Assembly (NCBI GenBank): GCA_000993565.1
Contig: LBWK01000001.1
Coordinates: forward strand, 300,208-364,207
Direction of reading: 5' to 3'
Source of the DNA: a candidate division WS6 bacterium GW2011_GWF2_39_15
Lineage (GTDB): Bacteria > Patescibacteriota > Dojkabacteria > SC72
DNA: 64,000 nt
Below, piece by piece: positions 59,594 to 64,000 of this stretch. The position numbers and the translations under genes were made by a program. The first letter of the stretch is position 1; every line of letters begins with the position of its first letter. Below the pieces are notes generated by a model. The model made no database searches. It had not been told where the DNA came from and saw only the letters and a list, made by a program, of their open reading frames with translations.

Positions 59594-60643
59594 TTAAATA
59601 TGCACAGGAGTTAAAAGATCCTGTGATATAAAGTATCTTTTTCCATCTTCCAGCTCTATTGATACCATATTCTCCTCTTCGTTCAGATCTAAGACTTTGC
59701 CTATTGCCCTGAAATTATCAACATCCATAACTCTTACGTTCATTCCAGGCTTAAGAAAAGAAATAAACCCTGATGGATATTCATGAGGGGCTTTATGCAG
59801 GTATGTACCTTGATCCGGCCATATAACGATATTTTTTTCAAGATCGACACTGACAAAAGAGTTGGTTAAAGATTTGCAGATAGATACATACTCCTTAGGG
59901 TATGGAATATTACCAAATCCCCCTATTATCCCGACGGAGAAATTAAGAGTTGCGAAGTCTTCATAATCCATTGAATACACTATTATGTACTCTGCTCCTC
60001 TCTCATATATCTCACGAAGGAGATCCGGATATGCAAACCGGCCTGCATAAACGATTTTTCCCTTATAATTATCCTTTAGGTCTTTTACAACATACATAGA
60101 GTTTCCCTCTCCCAAAACTTCAAACTCCCCTACCCTTACGTTTTTATACTCATTAGGTCTCTCATGATAGTTATCCGTAAGCATTGGCATAAACCAAACC
60201 ATGGTTTCTACACTCATGCCGTTCGAAAGGTCTACATCAAGAACCTTACCGTGATATTGGGCTGTATACTCGTCATTTTCAGATTCACTTAGTACATCCA
60301 GAAACCCTTTTTCAATTCTTGCCGTACTTAGTATTCCGTCGGAAGAAGCATAAAGTCTTTTCATAGCTAGACCACCTCCTGACATCCTCTCGGCAAGAAT
60401 CTCGCCTTTGAGCACATACTCACCGTTAAGCCTTACCACATAGTCTTGAGCACCCTCAACCTTAACACCTAACTCTTTAGGAATATAAGTGCTTCCTAGA
60501 ATTCTCTTTGATGACTTTGTAAAAAGCATGCTCCCTGGTTTGATTAGTTCTCCCCTTTTAGTCATAACCTCAACACTACCTTCAAAAGGTATTAGCATTC
60601 GATATCTGACCTCTCTATATAGTAGTTTAGACAATTGGAGCAT
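59594..60643 (-). CDS. Hypothetical protein.
   Basis: 349-aa ORF, co-oriented and overlapping with the next gene. Confidence 0.45.
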   Translation of the reverse strand: MLQLSKLLYREVRYRMLIPFEGSVEVMTKRGELIKPGSMLFTKSSKRILGSTYIPKELGVKVEGAQDYVVRLNGEYVLKGEILAERMSGGGLAMKRLYASSDGILSTARIEKGFLDVLSESENDEYTAQYHGKVLDVDLSNGMSVETMVWFMPMLTDNYHERPNEYKNVRVGEFEVLGEGNSMYVVKDLKDNYKGKIVYAGRFAYPDLLREIYERGAEYIIVYSMDYEDFATLNFSVGIIGGFGNIPYPKEYVSICKSLTNSFVSVDLEKNIVIWPDQGTYLHKAPHEYPSGFISFLKPGMNVRVMDVDNFRAIGKVLDLNEEENMVSIELEDGKRYFISQDLLTPVHI

Positions 60644-61964
60644 TCATCCACGAACTCATTTTAATGTGATTATCCTTAGGTTCAGGGCCGTAGATAATCG
60701 GGCGGTATCTGCTATCAACGATAACACTGTTATACTTCCTCTTCCCCACAATCAAGCCATATTTGAACTCCGAGTATAAACTGCTTCCTTTTATAAACTC
60801 GCCTTTAATCTCCTGTATATCAACATCCCTATCGACAATTATCTGAGTGATTTCGTTAGATAGAGCGTAAACATTTTTTTCATCACCCTTTTCATTAGTA
60901 ATTTTGGCTGTGAAAAGAACTCGTTTCTTCTCACCCTCATTAGCAACATCCGGAATTACAATCTGATCAAGCCTGGAAATGAAATCCTCTACATGTGTTA
61001 AGAAACCTGTCTTTGAGACTCCACCGGCATATACTTTCCCCAAATTATATGTACTGAATGTATTATCAACTGCAATATCACAGACATCCGTTAATTCCAT
61101 TGCATCAATTAAGGATAACAACATAGTTGAATATTGTAGCGAGGTTGTAATAGATCCCGTAACTAAAACCAATGTACTGTATTTATTCTCACCTATCTTA
61201 TCAAAAGACCCCTTATTATCATTTCTAATTGTCAGAAGCTGAAGAGCCATATACGCACGCAAAAGATCTTTTATAGAACCAACGCTTGACTTACCTTTAT
61301 CTCCCAAAACATAGTTCGCCCATGAATTCTGCAGCCTGGTTTTATTCGTTTCGATCTCCAGAAAGGCTTTTAATCTAGGGCTATTAATATTGTCGATTAC
61401 TTTCCATTCGTTCCCAAGCTCTATCTTCCCATGCTTGAATACATAGGGATGAACATTCGATTCATTTAAAGTTCTACGCCTCTTTTCACGATGCAGTCTA
61501 TACAGATACGTATTATCCAGATTAAGATCGACTAGCACGACATCTTCATATCCCAATTTTTCGGATATTCCCATCAAAAGATCCTGGACATAACCGTTAT
61601 CTATCTGCAGGATTGAGATGTCTTTAGAAACCTCTCTTATTATTTCTACATATTCTTTTCTAGGATATGCCCGAGTGTCCAAAATAAATATTATTGAGTC
61701 CAATCCAAACCCTTCGTCTGCAAATGTCATCATTTCACTTGAATTGTTTCTGAAAAACTCCCAATCGAAGTACTTCTCTAATGCATTTAGGTATTCTACA
61801 AGAAAATCTGCTGTAATTTCTGAAGAATTAATTCTGAGAGTATCACTTCTCACATAATGCCTGGCAATCGTATAGTCGTTATAGACAAGTTTAGCCACTA
61901 TTCTTGTTTGGCTAAGCTCAACCAAAAGGTTTGCTGATTTTTCTAAGTTAGGCAGTTTAATCAC
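60627..61964 (-). CDS. Hypothetical protein, possibly actin-like ATPase fold.
   Basis: 445-aa ORF with no firm motifs. Confidence 0.4.
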   Translation of the reverse strand: MIKLPNLEKSANLLVELSQTRIVAKLVYNDYTIARHYVRSDTLRINSSEITADFLVEYLNALEKYFDWEFFRNNSSEMMTFADEGFGLDSIIFILDTRAYPRKEYVEIIREVSKDISILQIDNGYVQDLLMGISEKLGYEDVVLVDLNLDNTYLYRLHREKRRRTLNESNVHPYVFKHGKIELGNEWKVIDNINSPRLKAFLEIETNKTRLQNSWANYVLGDKGKSSVGSIKDLLRAYMALQLLTIRNDNKGSFDKIGENKYSTLVLVTGSITTSLQYSTMLLSLIDAMELTDVCDIAVDNTFSTYNLGKVYAGGVSKTGFLTHVEDFISRLDQIVIPDVANEGEKKRVLFTAKITNEKGDEKNVYALSNEITQIIVDRDVDIQEIKGEFIKGSSLYSEFKYGLIVGKRKYNSVIVDSRYRPIIYGPEPKDNHIKMSSWMNAPIV

Positions 61965-62029
61965 GACAGTAGTATATAACTAGATACTACATCAATTTAC
62001 ATTATATTGGTGATATTTTCAATTACTCC

Positions 62030-62371
62030 CTACTCTACTGCTACATACGGAAGAAGAGCCATAAATCTTGCTCTTTTTACTGCTGTTGTAAGCTGTCTTT
62101 GGTGCTTATTACATACACCGGATTTTTCTGTAGCAATAATCTTTCCTCTTACGGATGTAAACTTCTTGAGCTGATAAACATCTTTGTATGATACTGTTTT
62201 AACAGCCGATTCACAGAGAGGACACTTAAGATTCAGAACAATTTTTCTTCTTCTTTTTTTATTCTTCTTCCCAAAACCTGTATGTGTCTCTTCCTCTTCA
62301 GAAGTTATACTTCTATCATCAAATACATCATCCAGTGTTGGAGGAACTACTTTTTTCTCAATTTCAGCCAT
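62030..62371 (-). CDS. rpsR: 30S ribosomal protein S18 with an N-terminal extension.
   Basis: FTSVRGKIIATEKSGVCNKHQRQLTTAVKRARFMALLPY. Confidence 0.9.
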   Translation of the reverse strand: MAEIEKKVVPPTLDDVFDDRSITSEEEETHTGFGKKNKKRRRKIVLNLKCPLCESAVKTVSYKDVYQLKKFTSVRGKIIATEKSGVCNKHQRQLTTAVKRARFMALLPYVAVE

Positions 62372-62391
62372 TTCTTAAACTTTCTAATATC

Positions 62392-62892
62392 TTAAAATGG
62401 TAGATCTTCTAGAGGATCTTCATCTACCTTCTCCTCGGTCTTTTCAGGAGCTTCTTCTTTGACCTTCCTGGACTTCTTAGGTTTGTCTTCATCAGGAGCG
62501 TCATTATCATCAGACGCGCCTGCAGCACCGGCACCAGTTCCGATACCTTTTCGACCCTTATCGTCCAAGAGAATCATATCCTCAACTCTAACTTCAGTTT
62601 TATACTTTGTAGATCCACTATCATCCTGCCATGATCTTGTTGTGAGAGAGCCCTGAATATATACTTTCATTCCTTTAGCAAGTAATTGATTACAAATTTC
62701 CGCCATCTTGTTCCACGCAACAATATTGTGAAATTCTGTCAACTCCTCAACTTCCCCTTCCTGATTCTTCCATGATTTGTTTGTAGCAAGTCCGAATGTC
62801 GCAACTGGAGTACCATTCCCCGTATATCTAAGCTCAGGATCTCTAGTCAGATTTCCGATCAACTGGACTAGGTTTAAAGATCTTGCAGACAT
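62392..62892 (-). CDS. ssb: Single-stranded DNA-binding protein.
   Basis: LNLVQLIGNLTRDPELRYT OB fold, Gly-rich tail and C-terminal EDLPF. Confidence 0.95.
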   Translation of the reverse strand: MSARSLNLVQLIGNLTRDPELRYTGNGTPVATFGLATNKSWKNQEGEVEELTEFHNIVAWNKMAEICNQLLAKGMKVYIQGSLTTRSWQDDSGSTKYKTEVRVEDMILLDDKGRKGIGTGAGAAGASDDNDAPDEDKPKKSRKVKEEAPEKTEEKVDEDPLEDLPF

Positions 62893-62955
62893 TTTTTATA
62901 TATTAATAATTTATGTTATTTATATTCTACACCATTAACATGAAATCGGAATGAA

Positions 62956-63315
62956 CTAGACCTCTACCTCTAATTCCTTCTTTTTAATTCCTTTTCCGAC
63001 CAATTCTGGATGCTCAACTTCAGAAATCATAAATCTCAAGATTTCGTTTTTAAGTCCAAGCTTTCTTTTAAGCTCAGCAACTGCATCCGCACTCATCTGG
63101 AAATTGTATACTATATAATATCCTTCATCATGGCCTTTAATATTGTAAGCCAGATATCTTTTACCCCATACGTCTACATCTGTAACAACACCATTAGATG
63201 CTTTTACATAATCAGACATCTCTTTGTGAAGAGCTTTTCGAACATCATCAGGGAGAAGAGGTTTTAAAGCAACCATCATCTCGTAATTCTTCATATTTTT
63301 CTCTCGCTTTGCCAT
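62956..63315 (-). CDS. rpsF: 30S ribosomal protein S6.
   Basis: MKNYEMMVALKP... S6 family, in the conserved rpsF-ssb-rpsR order. Confidence 0.9.
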   Translation of the reverse strand: MAKREKNMKNYEMMVALKPLLPDDVRKALHKEMSDYVKASNGVVTDVDVWGKRYLAYNIKGHDEGYYIVYNFQMSADAVAELKRKLGLKNEILRFMISEVEHPELVGKGIKKKELEVEV

Positions 63316-63521
63316 TTTCTATCTATATAATATTAATGTATTTACCGAAGGCGGTAGGATTGTATCAAAAAAGGGAGGATTATGGAAGTATTTACTCATA
63401 ATACTTTCCGCCAACATATTTAAAACTCCTCACTTCACTCTTCCCACCTCCACAGTTTCGAATATCTCCTCATTAAGAAGCTTTTTCCCTGATTGTTAGC
63501 GGAGGTCTTTCTAGAAAGAAC

Positions 63522-63935
63522 TTAAGGCTTTAATTTTTTTAAGGCCTCAACAATACCTATATTGTGAAGTTTACCTGCACCAAGAAATGGTAGGAGAATT
63601 TCTGAGACCCTTTTCTGAGATCCAGGGTCACGCATATCTAGTGGCAAAGTTCTTGACGGTTGAACACCTGGTTTCTCTATGAACTCATAAATATTAGAAT
63701 AATCAGCAATAACACCACCTTTCGCATCTATTGAAAGTACAACCCCCCCACTTCCCTCGTTTGCCATCGTTATAAATACAACGCTTCCCGAAGAAACTCT
63801 GGGATTCTCAAATGGTAAAAGGTTCTTTTCAACAATTCCAGTATCAAATCCTATTTCCTCTAATACAGGAAAAAGCTCTTCATCAGAAGCAGATTCGGAA
63901 AATAAACTTTCGTTCGGGAAATTTCGTGATGTCAT
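63522..63935 (-). CDS. Hypothetical protein.
   Basis: 137-aa ORF. Confidence 0.4.
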   Translation of the reverse strand: MTSRNFPNESLFSESASDEELFPVLEEIGFDTGIVEKNLLPFENPRVSSGSVVFITMANEGSGGVVLSIDAKGGVIADYSNIYEFIEKPGVQPSRTLPLDMRDPGSQKRVSEILLPFLGAGKLHNIGIVEALKKLKP

Positions 63936-64000
63936 ATTTATATTACAAATTAAATTAATATAATCAATTATACCATCTACTAACTATAAGCCAGAAGATG

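Overview
This is a low-GC (~35-38%) bacterial chromosomal window read in the standard genetic code. Long ORFs are intact with TGA as a stop, and the start codons I checked lack Shine-Dalgarno motifs, which fits a CPR/Patescibacteria-like genome (inference). Housekeeping genes are clear: gyrB and gyrA, ruvCAB plus yebC, dnaB, tRNA-Leu(CAA), rpmE-prfA-prmC, htrA, ctp and rpsF-ssb-rpsR. The rest is cell-envelope and accessory content: two paralogous alpha/beta hydrolases, an NDK with an insertion, thermonuclease, PEBP, NagZ-like GH3, VanY-like M15 peptidase, two sortase-like genes, an LCP protein and a GT-C/GT4/GT2 glycosylation cluster. The most unusual locus is at 29.4-38.6 kb. A giant 1783-aa membrane protein gene (29908..35259, +) is flanked by two small acidic helical proteins, convergent with a 515-aa protein gene (35741..37288, -), and followed by a tyrosine recombinase gene (37334..38644, -). 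The giant and 515-aa genes carry a ~157-bp, ~92% identical, codon-aligned inverted DNA repeat in their 5' coding regions (30730..30886 and 37090..37246). It encodes a shared 52-aa module. This geometry is consistent with a recombinase-driven, shufflon-like inversion that would exchange downstream protein bodies in frame. The second anomaly is a GC-rich (~53%) lipoprotein gene with a canonical AAGGAGG SD (19168..19899). It sits after a 600-nt AT-rich, hairpin-dense non-coding block and before a 13-bp inverted repeat. Other points of interest are an orphan TraD/VirD4-like ATPase, a CsoR/FrmR-family repressor lacking its metal-ligand Cys with palindromic candidate operators, and a gene built of 33-bp tandem repeats.
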